From contig OZ024746.1 of assembly GCA_964016885.1 (NCBI GenBank), positions 39,060,001-39,124,000 of the forward strand: a stretch of DNA of 64,000 bases. Direction: 5' to 3'. Positions 13,279 through 27,545 of the stretch are shown here, one piece after another. A program made the position numbers and the translations under genes. Source of the stretch: Eledone cirrhosa. Taxonomy: Eukaryota. Each line of letters opens with the position of its first letter. The first letter of the stretch is position 1. The notes under the pieces are model-generated. The model had not been told where the DNA came from and searched no databases. It worked only from the letters and a program-made list of their open reading frames with translations.

Positions 13279-14534
13279 GTTCTTAAGCTAGCACAGACAT
13301 GATGTGTACGCACGGCTTGTGCCTGGATATTTCGTGCTTTAGGCTATAGCTCTACAATGTGCACCTCAATCTTACAAATAAAACTTTCAGATTACCACAC
13401 TAACGAACTTAGTTTCTGATAATTCATGCTCTGACCACATTAAGAACATTATAAGCTTGCATTTTCCACTCTGCAGTCTACACTCATCCATGCCAAATCA
13501 TGTGACACGTTAGTATGTCATACAACCCTCTACAACGCTATCATGTGGCAATAATGTTTAGTGATTTATTTATTGACTGCAGGAAATTATATATTTATGT
13601 TAATTATACACATTGTCACCTTTCCAATGACAATTTTTGTTCCGCTGTGTCTCTTTTTTGCTTTGATCTATTTTACGTCATCTTGCATAACATTTGTATA
13701 AAACTGATCTTTTAAGGTTCGGTAATGCACCTTTGTGAAGTCAGCGTCTAAGGTGGCTGCCTGGTATATCTAATATAGCACCAGTTCTATGCTGTGTGTA
13801 TGGAAAATGCCAAATAATCGAAGTAGGAGGAACCTATTGAGGAAGAATATCAAGGAATGTTAAATGCTGACTGCACCTCACGAAGATGTAAAATTAACGA
13901 GACTGTCTTTCTTTTTAAAGAGAGTAGTGTGTGTGTGATTTGGGGGATATTTGGCTGCTATTTCTAACAGGTTCAGTGGCCACATTAAGGCTCAGTGTAG
14001 TAGTTTGCAGCAGTGAGGAAATAGTGAACAGCTGTAGAAGAATGTGAATGATTTAAAATAAGTTGAGTGAAAGAGGAAGTCAAAACAATTGAAGTGAGAA
14101 GTAGAAGAGAGAGGGCGGAGAGAAAGAAAGAGTATGTTCGTATGAGTATGTAAATAAGCGACAGAGAATGTACGTGACTTAGTCGTTCGGGTATTCGACT
14201 CAGGATCTCAAGGTTGCAACTTCCATTTCAGATGCGGCATTGTGTCCTTGAGCAAGATACTTTACTTCACGTTGCTTCAGTCCACTCAACTGAAAAAAAT
14301 GTATTGTTCCAGTATTTCAAAGTGCTCCCATACACCGTGCCATGCTGAATCTCCATGATGATTATGTTAAGCGTACACGTATGTATAGAATGCTCAGCCA
14401 CTTGCTCGTTAGATTCATGAGTGGGTTGATCCGTTGTTCGAAATACTGGACCACTTATTGTCAGAACCGATGAAAGTCCAGCAACAACAAAGAGCTCGAC
14501 AGTAAAGATGTTGAAAGAGAACAGACATACTCAC

Positions 14535-14671
14535 CAAACTTTAGTTCTGCTGGAGTCATAACATTAAAATCTCCGATACGTGATTGGCAAGTATACACTC
14601 CGAAATCCTCTGACTTAATTTGATAGTAGTTCAAATCGATGGCTGTATTGTTGACATATATGCTGCTCATC
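14535..14671 (-). CDS. Ig-domain gene copy A, exon 3: C-half of the Ig domain (MSSIYVNNTAIDLNYYQIKSEDFGVYTCQSRIGDFNVMTPAELKF)
   Basis: ttttatttgcag acceptor, G|gtgagt donor, 137 nt (phase 2 to 1), Ig D-x-G-x-Y-x-C motif. Confidence 0.88.
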
Positions 14672-14726
14672 CTGCAAATAAAATATACACAGTTATCAGA
14701 GTAAGAATACATATATCAGAGTAAGA

Positions 14727-14752
<26 letters not shown>

Positions 14753-14757
<5 letters not shown>

Positions 14758-16835
14758 GAAGACATGGAAACAAATTCTTGACATAAGAAAACATAACTTC
14801 TGGAAAGCATACAAATGCGAAAAATATGTCGAAACACATTCGAAAAGGCTCTCTCTAACGGCACCCATACTCCCTCGTAAATACCTAATTACAGAAATTG
14901 CAGGAGAACCAGAAGAAGAAACAAAACTCCGATGGGAACTTATATTGACAAAATTCAGGTCCGACATCTCCATTTCTCAATGTAAACAATCCCGCTACAA
15001 AGCCAAATATGAAGCTATCAATGACCAAATTGAAGTTGAAATTTCAAAGCTAACGACTGGTATTATAGCTGAAAAACTACGAGAACTATGGATCAGAGAT
15101 ATCTCAAAAGAAGAAAACAAATCAAGAAAGGTATGGCAGCAGAAACAATTATTTCTCGACGAATATGCTGCAAATTACGGTAAAGACTCTGGAACCCTGA
15201 GAAAAAGCATTAAAAGTGGACAATCTCATCAACACAACATACGCCAGAACACGTGCCAACACAAACACTCACCTTACCTTGAATCAAAGAAGAACTATGG
15301 TAATAACTCTTCGTTTTTTCTACAAAAACACCCTAACGCACACAACATGAACAAAAAGCACAAACACGATAGATATTCCTTTGACCAGACCATGAGAAGT
15401 AGTAAAACCAGGAGATCATTCTCAAGATCTCAACAGAGACTAACCACAGGAACGGGGGAAAAAAATGTAGAATAACCAGATCACTCTCAAGATCTCAACA
15501 GAGATTACCCACATGAAAGTGGGCGAAAAAACGATCTAAACCTGAAAGCAAACCCAGGACATTTCCCCAGATTGTTAAAAATAATGCTAACAAGAAATGG
15601 AAAAATAATATACATAATACCCAAAATAGGACAAAATACATAACGAAACGAAATATAATATCACAACCAAAAGTTCATCAAACAAACCCCAATAGGAATA
15701 TAAATCCTGAACAGAGAAAAATCCATTTTTTAACGTCAGGACAATAAAAACCGGAAAAAGAAAAACTCCAGGAAGAAACATACCCAAAACAACTTTACAC
15801 GTAGACCATAAAATAATTAATTTATCCAAAAGAGATATTGACAATGATGAAATGCAAATTCTGTCAAAAGGACTGAAATTCACACCGACTCCAACAGTCA
15901 ACCACCAAGAACTGAAGGAGGATACCCAAGAATTCTGTCGAAAATTACGTCTTGTAGAATTCTTCGCTGATAAAAGTAATGAGAGTGATGAATCACTAGT
16001 AAAGAATAAATCAAATTTCACTCCGCCAAAAGGAAGAAATATCTATCTCGAGCAATACATTGATATCCTTTCTAAATTTCCTCTTAGACGTAATATTAAT
16101 GTTAGGCCAAACATTAACAAATCAGAAATATCTGCACTTAAACGTATACAAAATGATAAAACAATAATAATTAAACAAGCAGATAAAGGGGGTGCAGTTG
16201 TTATAATGAATGCTGAATACTACAAAGATTTGGTTGAGGAACAACTGAAAGACACAACATTATATCATGAAATACCGTCAAATATAGACCACAACATCAT
16301 GAAGAAGATCAACAACCTGGTTTCATCATACCACAACTCACTTACTGATAAGGAAAGAGACTACATCACCAAATTTGAGCCAAAACCCAGCAACCTGTAT
16401 GGCCTACCGAAAGTTCATAAGTCAAAAGAAATACAACTGGCAGTAAAAGAACAAAACAGTGAGTACATTAAATTACTACATCCAAAAGACTTAAAACTTA
16501 GACCTATTATAGCTGGTCCAACATGCCCCACCCACCGTTTAAGCAATTTTGTTGACATTATTTTGAAACCACGATGTATTCACATACCCAGTTTCATCCG
16601 GGATGATATCGTCTTCCTGTCCCATCTTCCCAAAACCACGGAAACGAACTCACTTCTAATTAGTTTTGATGTGGTAAGCCTTTACACCAACATTACACAT
16701 GATTTAGGATTAAAGGCGGTTAAATACTGGGTGGAAAACATAGAGAAGTGATTCCCATCAGATTCACAGCGCCATTTATATTAGACGCAGTTAAACTTAT
16801 TCTGGAAAACAATACTTCCTTTGTCCAAACATGAA
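14753..16835 (+). mobile_element. Penelope-like element, N-terminal region and partial RT, disrupted, antisense in Ig-gene intron 2
   Basis: LSKGLKFTPTP, ADKGGAVV, YGLPKVHK, RPIIAG, SFDVVSLYTNI; ends before YxDD. Confidence 0.88.
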
Positions 16836-17050
16836 TTCGATTACTTTGCATACATGCACACATACATACACACCTTACCCTGTAGGTATATCATACTTAT
16901 CTTATGTAGCCAGATACCGTTCTTAAATAGTCTCACCTCAATACCAAACAGAGGACTAGTTCATTCTGAAGTTTGTCAATGAAAAATATACCAGTGTATA
17001 TAGGCAAAATTAAGCAGCGTACGAATCCCGAAAAATAACACAATATTTAC

Positions 17051-17237
17051 CTTACATTTCCCCTAACGATATATTCTTTATTTGAGTTTAACCAGAATAT
17101 TCCATAAACTGGAAGGTTGCACTTCTGGGGAACCGCGCATGTTACTGTACCCGAGTTTCCTACTCGAACAGAGAGTTTATCGTTTCTTGGATTGAGAACC
17201 AGTTGACATTCAGCTGGTAAATTCTCGGCTTTTAGAC
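17051..17237 (-). CDS. Ig-domain gene copy A, exon 2: N-half of the Ig domain (LKAENLPAECQLVLNPRNDKLSVRVGNSGTVTCAVPQKCNLPVYGIFWLNSNKEYIVRGNV)
   Basis: tttctttcttcag acceptor, AG|gtaaat donor, 187 nt open frame (phase 1 to 2), B-strand Cys (VTC) and C-strand Trp (IFW). Confidence 0.85.
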
Positions 17238-18059
17238 CTGAAGAAAGAAAATATCACAAAAGAAACAACAAAAAGACATGTAGAATGGTAAATTCAATGC
17301 TGTTCATATTCATATCTCTGTATTCTAAGTTTAAATCTCTTCGATTTCTACTTTCACCCTTTCAGGGACGATAGTATATGTATGAGTCTTGCTGTCGATT
17401 CACCAGATAATACGTATTGGATACGTATTATCTGGTGAATCGACACCATGCTGATATAGATTTATAGCTTTAGCATGAGGCCGGAAGTTTGTAAGGAAGT
17501 GAGTATAGTATAGTCGATTGAATCGAAATTACAGCAGTCGATTTAGCTGAGAGGTTAGAGCGTTGGCCTTTTGCGTTCGAGTTGAACTTATGCCGAGGTC
17601 CCCCTTTGTCTTTCCTCTGCGCATGTTGGGTTTCACTTCAATTTATTTAAATTGAAGTGAAACTCAACAGGTGCGTGTATTTTTTATTGGCATCATGACT
17701 TCTTTCCTAAAGTATAACAATAACCTTAATATTTCATTTAGTAATAAACGATTTTACATATGTTCTGTCTTTCTGAGAAAAAAAAATTAATGTTTTGTTC
17801 AAGCAATTAAGAGACTAGAGCGACTTAGCTACTGAATCAAAAACAATATGACAACGAAGGGATGTATTATCAACTTATTTGCAATTGGTATGATTGTAAG
17901 GGGAAACAAAGCGAAAGCGCGTGACCTAGTGGGTATGGTGTTGGACTAACGATCGTAAGGGCAAGAGTTGGATTCCTGGACCGATTAAGCTATAGAAAAT
18001 ATTTTTACATATATATTACAATTAGCTAGGGCGGGTAAAATTCCCGAGATCCATGGTAG

Positions 18060-18327
18060 AGTTCTCACCAGCGGTCAGAGTCCTTCATCATCGCCGCAAT
18101 ATCCTGCGTCTCCCAGTGACCAGTGTCTGACACTGGTCATGTAGGGCATCAATATGTCAACTTCGGTATCCCTCTTCTAGTGTGTTTGTGTAGGGGTTAC
18201 CACAGGACCACTGAGTGCAGTGTCAACTCTGAATGTCAGTGAGCATGTCCAGCAAACCCCAGTCTCCTGTGTTGCTTTCGAGTTGACTTTTGAGAGGCTC
18301 ACGTACATCCTCAGTACATACTGATTA
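18060..18327 (-). mobile_element. Decayed RTE-like LINE fragment (copy B ~39900-40133)
   Basis: LRM.. and LGFAGHAH-type motifs. Confidence 0.45.
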
Positions 18328-18479
18328 ATATATATATATATAATATATATATATATATATAGGGTTATTCCAAAAAAAATTGATATCAATGGCCTGTTGC
18401 CTAGGTTGTCACATTAAAATATAGATATAGTATAATTTTATTCTATGTAAAAATATGCCATGTAAATACAATTTATTAG

Positions 18480-18790
18480 AAAAAGAAAAAAGAAAATTTA
18501 GATTGAGAAGAAAGAATGGAATGTAGAATGAGAAAATATTAAAAAAAGACGAAAAAGGAAGGGAATGGCCAGGGCTCTAGTGTCACAGAAGAATGGGGAA
18601 GGGTGAGGAGGAAGGTGTTTGGCTCTGGTAATGTTGCTGCGGAACGCGGATAAGACTGCAAAAGCATTCCCGCGGACAATGGCCAGCGACACCCTACCTC
18701 GCGGAGCTCCTTCCTCAGATGGGTCACCAACATTCCGATCTTGCGGAGGAGCTCGACATTGCGGGGTCCAAGTACGACAGCGACTGGTCT
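18480..18790 (-). mobile_element. Second CRE-like 3' fragment (copy B ~40286-40593)
   Basis: LGPRNVELLRKIG..RVSLAIVRGNAFAVL. Confidence 0.6.
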
Positions 18791-18911
18791 GGTGCGAAGA
18801 ATAATTATCACAGGCGAAACTCCAGAGTAACAAGATTCACTTTTTAGCCTTAATATAAATTAATATATATATATATTAATATATATATATATTAATATAT
18901 ATATATATACT

Positions 18912-18983
<72 letters not shown>

Positions 18984-19004
18984 CTAGGGCGAGAAATAAC
19001 ATTC

Positions 19005-19074
<70 letters not shown>

Positions 19075-19223
19075 GAATGTTATTTCTCGCCCTAGCTCAG
19101 CTGATAGATAAATGTAAGTATGCCTACGTAGACACACACATATATATACACATCACACACATGTACGTACATCTCTCTATATATGTGTGTGTGTGTATAT
19201 ATATATGTGTGTGTGTATCTATC

Positions 19224-19258
<35 letters not shown>

Positions 19259-19269
19259 GGAGAGAGAGC

Positions 19270-19323
<54 letters not shown>

Positions 19324-19381
19324 ACAACAAATATTTCAATAACAGCATTATCGTTTTTGATAATTATACTGTTTAACTTAC

Positions 19382-19442
19382 CTTGGAACTTAACATAGAT
19401 CAGCAGAAGAAATATCACAAACTGTATTGGTTTGTACAGCAT
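19382..19442 (-). CDS. Ig-domain gene copy A, coding exon 1: signal peptide [20 protein letters not shown](G)
   Basis: ACC-ATG, hydrophobic core, CAAG|gtaagt donor, phase 1 matches the next exon; identical in copy B. Confidence 0.8.
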
Positions 19443-19578
19443 GGTTATTTCTGTAGTACTACAGGATAAACACTGCAGGTCAAGCTTCGGTTATCTTAAA
19501 ACTAATGTTTTCCACTGAAACGATTTCCTGTCTTTAACTGCTTACTGCTTTCTGTCGAATTCCCCGTGTTGACTTTTG

Positions 19579-19588
19579 CTTTTATATA
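19579..19588 (-). promoter_or_regulatory. Candidate TATA box (TATATAAAAG) ~140 nt upstream of the Ig-gene ATG
   Basis: Motif and position; conserved in copy B (~41485-41494); AT-rich context weakens it. Confidence 0.3.
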
Positions 19589-20193
19589 GAAATGCCAATG
19601 TATAAAGTCGTCTCTTACTATAAGGAGTGTCTTAACAACGACCATATGTATGTGTAAGTGAATGAAGTGACTTTCAGTAAGAGAAGAGTGAGAGAGTATA
19701 TAAGGAAAAGAAATCGAAAATGCAACTGGAGACTTTTTAAGAATATTTATTTGTTTCCTTTACCGGTTTCACAGTTCTTATGCTTTTCAAAAGTAGAATT
19801 GAGATCATTTTGGTAGAGAATAAACGTCGTTGTATTAATTTTGCTAAACTGCAAACGTAATATGTCGGTGCGAGTTTGTATCATTTGCATGTAAAAAATG
19901 TAGTCTTCCCTTTTCATATATTTGTATGCAGTAGCGGACTGGGTCTAAAAATACTGGTTGCCAGGAGATGAAGGGGACCACCTACATATAGAATGCTATC
20001 ATTTAATTTTTATAATGAATAAATAACATTTTCGAAAAATACATAAGTGGAAACAAAACAGTGCAAACAAATTTTTTCGGAAAAATATCTTACCTCCTCC
20101 AATAAAAAATATTATGTATTTTGCGAAAACCAGAGACTTTCAATAATTACCAGAACTGGACCCTAAATATTACTAATAGCTCTAGGAAATCCA

Positions 20194-20543
20194 GGAACGA
20201 CACCACATCTTTTTAACTTTGATTTTGAAAGTAGGTTTATAATTATCAATTTTCATCATTCCTTTGTAGAGATCTCGGTGGCCCAGCTGGATGAATCATA
20301 AACGACGGAGATCCTGGTCTGAAGTTCGATCCTGGTCGGGAGTAGGTTTCCCGGTAAACCTTTTCAGTTTTTTTTCTATCGGTTGTATAATAAAAATTGA
20401 CCAGGATTGAACCCAAGGCCAGGGTCTCCACCGTCTCTAGTACCTACCGCTAGGCCACAGAGACAACTACGAAAACTTTATGAAAATTCTTACCTATAAA
20501 CCTACTTTCAAAGTTTTCAAAACAAAGTATCGTGGTGTCGTTC
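20194..20543. mobile_element. Palindromic MITE-like element with two opposed tRNA-like heads (copy B ~43998-44341)
   Basis: TTTGAAAGTAGGTTTATA / TATAAACCTACTTTCAAA arms; A- and B-box-like motifs on each strand. Confidence 0.55.
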
Positions 20544-21335
20544 ATGTCTTTCTTAATGTTATTGCTCCTACTTAAGGTCGACTTCCAAATCATTTGGATG
20601 TTTTGTTTCTCATCAATCTAGACTACATTTTAACCTGTAATCCATATTTCATTTCTATTCCACCGCATTTCTCTCTCTCTCTCTCTTTCTCTCTGCGATA
20701 TTTGAATCTACTATGATTTGGGCTTACCTTATTCCTATATGTATGTTTTTGCCAGTTAGATTCAAACTTACAATGATTGGCATTATATATATATATACAG
20801 TGACGGACTAGGTCTAAAAGTATTGGTTGCCAGATGAAGGAGGCCCACCTACATATAGAATGCTATAATTTTTATAATGACTAAATAACATTTTCAAAAA
20901 ATAAATTAGTGGAATCAAAGCAGTGCAATCAAATTTTCTTACCTTCGCCAATAAAAAATCAGACTTTCAATAATTGTTTCTACTTATGGCACAAGGCCAG
21001 CAATTATCCCAGTGTATTACGGGTGCTTTATATTTATCAACCGCGTAAGGATGAAAGGCAAAGTTAACCTCGGAGGGATTTAAACTCAGACCATAAAGGG
21101 CCGTAACTCTTTGCTACAAAGCATAGCGTCAGACACTCTACCGATACTGCCAATCCACCGTCCTTTTCAATAATGACCTTTGGTCTCTCACACTCACTCA
21201 ATATATGATGATTTCTCAAGAATGAAACAGTTCTAGTCCTGTAGAATCTCATCTATATAAAAACTTTTATACTCTGCTATGTATTGAGTACCTTACTTAC
21301 TGTGGTTACCTCCGATTCAACCCCGAATAACTTTC

Positions 21336-21419
<84 letters not shown>

Positions 21420-21557
21420 GTATCTCTATCTCTCTCTATATATATACGCCACCTTCACCACTAATTGATTTGACAGTTGTCTTTAACACATTTATACCAA
21501 ATGCAGTATCGGTAGAAGGTCGGACGCCATGTTTTGCAGCACAGTTACTTCCCTTTA

Positions 21558-21768
21558 TGGTCTGAGATCAAATCCCGCCGAGGTTAACTTTGCCTTTCAT
21601 CCTTACGGGGTTGATACAATAAAGTACCAGTAATACACTGGGATAATTGGTGGCCTTGTGCCAAAAGTAGAACAATTATTTGGTCAATAGTTCGTGTGTA
21701 AGTATATATATATATATATATGTATATAATTATATATATATAAATACATACATATATATATATATATA

Positions 21769-21814
<46 letters not shown>

Positions 21815-21832
21815 CATATATATATATGTATG

Positions 21833-21870
<38 letters not shown>

Positions 21871-22015
21871 CTTACACACGAACTACTGACCAAATAATTG
21901 TTCTACTTTTGGCACAAGGCCACCAATTATCCCAGTGTATTACTGGTACTTTATTTTATCGACCCCGTAAGGATGAAAGGCAAAGTTAACCTCGGCGGGA
22001 TTTGATCTCAGACCA
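21558..22015. repeat. Near-perfect palindrome of a SINE 3' half centred on (TA)n
   Basis: 21558-~21790 is the reverse complement of ~21790-22015; absent in copy B. Confidence 0.85.
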
Positions 22016-22625
22016 TATATATATGTAAGAGTGTGTATATATATATATGTTGATTTAAAACTGCACTATCCACAAGTATTTTTAACCTTCATATCATGTC
22101 CTCCTATTTTATCTGATGAAAACACAAATGTTATTGCATGATGATATTTGTTTTTGAAATGCGCATAATAAAATACACGGAACTCATTTAACCATCTTTT
22201 GATCTTATATATTATGTATACTCCAGTCCTACAAACTGTAGAGTGCTTCTTATCCGATATCTGCATTGCTTTATTGTACTACAATAAAACTCACCTCCTA
22301 CATATATATATATATATATATATACATACATATGCTGGTGTGTCTGTGTCTATAAGTATGTTTCCATGCATGAATAAATACACTAAGCTTTAGATTTAGT
22401 AGAATGTACAACCACTGATTCCAGCTATTTGAACTATCGTATATTTTGGTTTCTAGTAATTCCCTGGAGAATTGGTTGACCAAATGCTTTGCTTAATAAA
22501 GTTAAGTTGTATATTAATTAGAAGAGACAGTGCAAAACAGATTTTAGTAATAACAATTTCTATATCGTAAACAATTCTATTTCAAATAACAACAATACTA
22601 CAGATATTGTTGTTTTCCTGTTTCT

Positions 22626-23070
22626 TCTACAACAACTACAACGGTACGGGATGGGGCCCACCCACATCCCCAGCGGACAGAATGGAGAAGGCGTTTCCCC
22701 GGAGGACGGCAAGGGAGACGCGCTGGATATGCCACTCCAACTCGCTGGGCTTACACCTGCGGCTGGTCAGCTCAGCGCCTATGGTGGTGAGTAAGGAGGT
22801 AGCCCTGGGGCTGAGGACACCAGAGGTCTCCACTGCCAGGGGTATGACCGCAAACCTGTCGGAGAGCGACCGGTATTTGAGGAGTTTGCCACACACCCCA
22901 CACCCTCAACCCGACGTGCAGCAGAACCTGGGTCAGTCGCAGACTGCACCAGGTTGCGGCTGCAGAAAGTGTCGGTGCAAGTGGCATCCCAGACGAGGGG
23001 TTTGCTACCGCGGAACGGGAAGATGGTCATGCCATCTGGGATTTTGCCGTCCCCTCGATCCAGCCCCACC
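22626..23070 (-). mobile_element. CRE-clade non-LTR retrotransposon 3' fragment (restriction-like endonuclease); copy B 44733-45180
   Basis: DGK(R/I)PDG..KPLVWDAT..KY..PLAVETSG..QRVSLAVLRGNA, frameshifted. Confidence 0.8.
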
Positions 23071-23295
23071 GGCTTTCTCTTAGATTTCAGGTATTTTTAT
23101 AAAGCAAAATACTACAGTGGGTCCTACATTGCTACCGAGTCCTTCCTGGGGCCCACTTGCCATTGGGTAACCTGGCAACCTAGCCAGTCCACCACTGTTT
23201 GTATGCATTAATGGATATATTCTAAAACATACACACAGACACACACACACTCTTACACTGGTAGAAAAGCTCCTGGAGGGAAATATTTCTGCTAG

Positions 23296-23328
<33 letters not shown>

Positions 23329-23704
23329 TTATATATATATGAATATGGGGGTGGTGTAAAGTCTGTGGTGCTGAGACCCTGGAGACAACTAATCATGAGA
23401 GTACTCGATACATGGGGAGATGTAGAGAGGTTATATACCCTACAGATATTATTATTCGCAGTATCAGTAGAGGGTCTGACGCTATGCTTGGAGCATAGTG
23501 TTACGGCCCTTTATGATCTGAGTTCAAATCACACCGAGGTTAACTTTGCCTTTCATTCTTATGGGTTCGATAAAATAAAGTACCAGTAATGCACTGGAAT
23601 TATTTCTGGTCTTGTGCCCAAAGTAGAAACAGTTATTACACCCACGTAAAAGCTTGCTGAAAACACAAGCTGAAGCCGCTTGGCACCGCGGTCGAGATTT
23701 TACA

Positions 23705-23752
<48 letters not shown>

Positions 23753-23760
23753 ATATATAG

Positions 23761-23908
<148 letters not shown>

Positions 23909-24096
23909 GTTAAAGTAGAAGACATATGATTGATTCCATATGATGCCTAATATATTCCATATGCCAAGAGGAGTTCAAAAGATTAACTGGCATATGATGA
24001 TAATGGAACAAACCTGGATTCAGATTAATAGTTCAGTAGGCTACTTTCATATTGTGTCCTCTACAATACTGTAAAGTCTTCTACTATTTCTACTGG

Positions 24097-24179
<83 letters not shown>

Positions 24180-24399
24180 TCATATATATATATATATATA
24201 TATATTGTACGTCAATACTCATCTTTTTCCATTTCTCCGAGGGTTCTTAACCCCACTATCAGGGTAAATAATTTCTTTAATTTCTTTAGTCAAAATACGG
24301 CGATAGCTTAGATTTCTAATATATATATATATAAACACACACTTATATATACATAGTGGAATTATAAAGTATAATTCCACTTCCATAGTGTTTAAGAAA

Positions 24400-25140
24400 G
24401 TAATCTACAACATTAAGCGCAGGATCTCTCATCTGTTGACAAATAAAGGAATATTTGCTACGTAGATCCTTCCTTCAGTAGATCCTTACTGGTTAGCAAT
24501 ATTACCAGCTCCTCTCCCGCAAAAGGAAAAAGAAGCACTAATATCATTTGGTTCTCATGCCCCTTTTCATTCAATATAACATCTAATGCAGCAAAAGACT
24601 TCCTAACACTAATAGACAAATGCATATATAGAAAATATTATAACAGACACAGCCTTAATAATAGAGTAGTTGCATACTGAACACAAAACCTAAGACATAT
24701 GCTAATGCATGAACCAAAATACTTGCTCACTAAATAAATCTTGTAACACAGAAACATGAGTTTAGGAGCTAAAGATCACTTATATAACCAAACCTAGAAA
24801 TAACACATAAACGTAGGCATGGCATAAGGGAAATTTAAACAAAGGGTAAATAATCTTGCACCTTCATTTATTTTTTATTGAAAGGTATCTTTTAGAGAAC
24901 TACTCCTGTAAATGTCACCCCTCAATGAAATAGAATACCTTTTCTACGTGATATATTGTGTACCTTATTTTAACTGGGGTTCCTTTCCGATGTTTCACAA
25001 AAAACTAACATCAATACGATTCAGAATATTGACCTCTCACTCATACAGATGTCTTACGGGTACGAAATTATAATATTCTTCGCATCATCTTGTAATCCGT
25101 GTTACATCTAGCTGTTTTCACTTCGGTCAGTCGCCCTCAA
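24400..25140 (+). mobile_element. Highly decayed Penelope-like remnant
   Basis: NIIWF..PF-like linker sequence at ~24540; no intact frame. Confidence 0.3.
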
Positions 25141-25144
25141 GTGA

Positions 25145-25175
<31 letters not shown>

Positions 25176-26773
25176 ATGTGAAGACTAAAATCCAAAGAGG
25201 GCTCGATAAGGATAAATATATAAGAACCCTAGAGCGTAATCAAAATAACAACTAACAACTTGTGTATCCATTTAGTGGCAACAAAGTTTCGATTGCAATT
25301 ATACTTCATTTGAGCCGCTAATTCAGCAGTTCTCAGCCTGGGATCCCCAAATTAGTCCCAGAGGTTAATGAACTGAGTTCAAAATTTCAAAAAAAATTTT
25401 TTTAATAACACGCTATTGGGTATCCATCCATTCTTTTGTGAATATAAACATTTCTATTTTTCATTGGGGGGGGGGGGGGGTTGTAGTGGAGGACCAGTGC
25501 AAAAATTCCTTTACGTAAAACGGGTCCTTTGTAGTGAACATTTTGGGAGCCACTACATTAATATAATTGAGAAAATCACGAATACCATAGATTCTAATCT
25601 ACCAATCTCCGCCCTTATAGATTCGATACCGCATCTCTAAAAAACGTGGTTGTAAACGTGGTTTACAAGAAAATGCTGCCGATTCTCACACTAGTCAAGC
25701 ACAGAGCTTCGCTCCCCCGCACAAACACCAATACATACATACTGTTTTCACGTATACAATTAAAATATTCATATAAAGTGCATAAGCGAAGACTCTCAAG
25801 GGAGGCAACTCTGCTTGAGACTTACCTCTCTTAGATTGTGACAATAGGTTGATGAATTAAGAAAACATTTTATAATAAATAAATAAAAAATCTTATAGAG
25901 ATAAATAACGATCAGCTTAAATTTCCACGCGCAGGGATATATTAATATCTTTTAATTTATTCTTCAAATGTTTAAATAAGAGTAGGAATGAACCCTATTT
26001 TAGTTGAAAAAGTTGTGCACATCGATTCGGAAGATTTGGAATATGCAGAGTAATATACTGTATCACATTTGACCATACCTTCGTGCTTTATCTATCGCTG
26101 GTGACACCGGAAATCTGGTTGTTACGATATTTAATCCTTTCCTTTTACGACACAAACTGCGTGAAATTATAATATATTTACTTAAAATCATACAAATATG
26201 TATGAAACTGTGATTCGTTCAGGTGCAATATTGAAGTTTGCGCCCTCGGCAACTGCCTGTTTGACCCTAATGGTAGCACTGTTCCTGCATACGTGCATAC
26301 ACACATCTCTATCGATAATTATTTGTACATTTAGCTATGTTAGTAAATAATTTCCGAAAGCTAGGGTTTTCTGACAAAGACAGTGACCAACTAACATGCA
26401 ACATGCAAATACTGTTTGTAAGCAGAACAGTTCTTCATATTGCAGAACAAGACTTCATATTGCCGAACAAGATTTCATATTATTCAATATGTAACATTTA
26501 TGGTTCTTGCGAACCAATTTTTTTACGATGGAACTTTGTTTCATTGTTGAAAACCAACTTTTTCTTTATAAGATTAATTCAAATAATTTCTTTAAAAGAA
26601 AGATAAGACACATACACACACACATAGATATACACACATACAAACACACATACATACACACACATACATATATACAGACATACGTACATACATATATTCA
26701 TACATACATACAAACATACATACATGCATACAAACATACATACACACGTATATTCTCACATACATACATACAT

Positions 26774-27379
26774 GGTGGTTGCCAACTCGTTTTCGAGTAC
26801 GGCCACTACTTTATATCCATGTAGGAGAAACCCTACCGATGCGCTGAACGAGTGTGATTTTTTAATCCAGCCAGCGACTTAAAAACTCTGGTACAAACAC
26901 TACAGTTGTGACAATTATTGACACAGTGCTGTGCCCATGGTATCATGTGATGACAAGTGCAGAGAGATCTGCAGATATAAAGCAATGCCTGTGCCGTGAA
27001 GCTTTTATAGTGAGCAAAGGCACTACACAAAGCCAGTCCCACTCTCTTAACCAAGATGATATTTACCAAAAAGAAGAACAAGTCAACATCATTGGATACC
27101 ATCAGTGTTGCAGGTGTTATATCAGAGTTTTGCTTCTCCTAGAATTCTGCCTTGACAAAGGCTAAGGGGTCATCTCTCCCGCTGATTTTGGATGGCCATT
27201 GATTCTTAAGAGCTCCTTTGCTCTATGACAGGTTTTGTTTTTAGTCCTGCAGGATGTCCACAGTCACCCTCCTCACCAAGAAACCTTGGTGGGGTTGCCA
27301 GTTTAGTCGCCAACGACCCGACCATCAGACAAGTTGTACTGGGATACATGTTACCAGTAGCACCAACTGGTGACCTGAC
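26774..27379 (-). mobile_element. ~600-bp non-autonomous RTE-derived element with C2H2 remnant and (TATG)n tail
   Basis: [22 protein letters not shown]; 3' end GGCCGTACTCGAAAACGAGTTGGC; further copies at 27546-28103 (-), 71-235 (-), 8507-9021 (+), 63220-63513 (+). Confidence 0.7.
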
Positions 27380-27545
27380 ATACACACATACATACACACA
27401 TATACATACATATATACATACATACATATACATACGTACATATATACAAACATACATACATACATACATACATACAAACATACATACATACATACATACA
27501 TACATACATACATACATACATACATACATACATACATACACACAT

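Noticed and set aside
27298-27379. HDV-like ribozyme at the 5' end of the RTE derivative (minus strand: P4-like tcg/cga, CUAA, ccagt/actgg)
   Set aside because: I could not build a convincing P1/P3/L3; it needs a covariance-model search.
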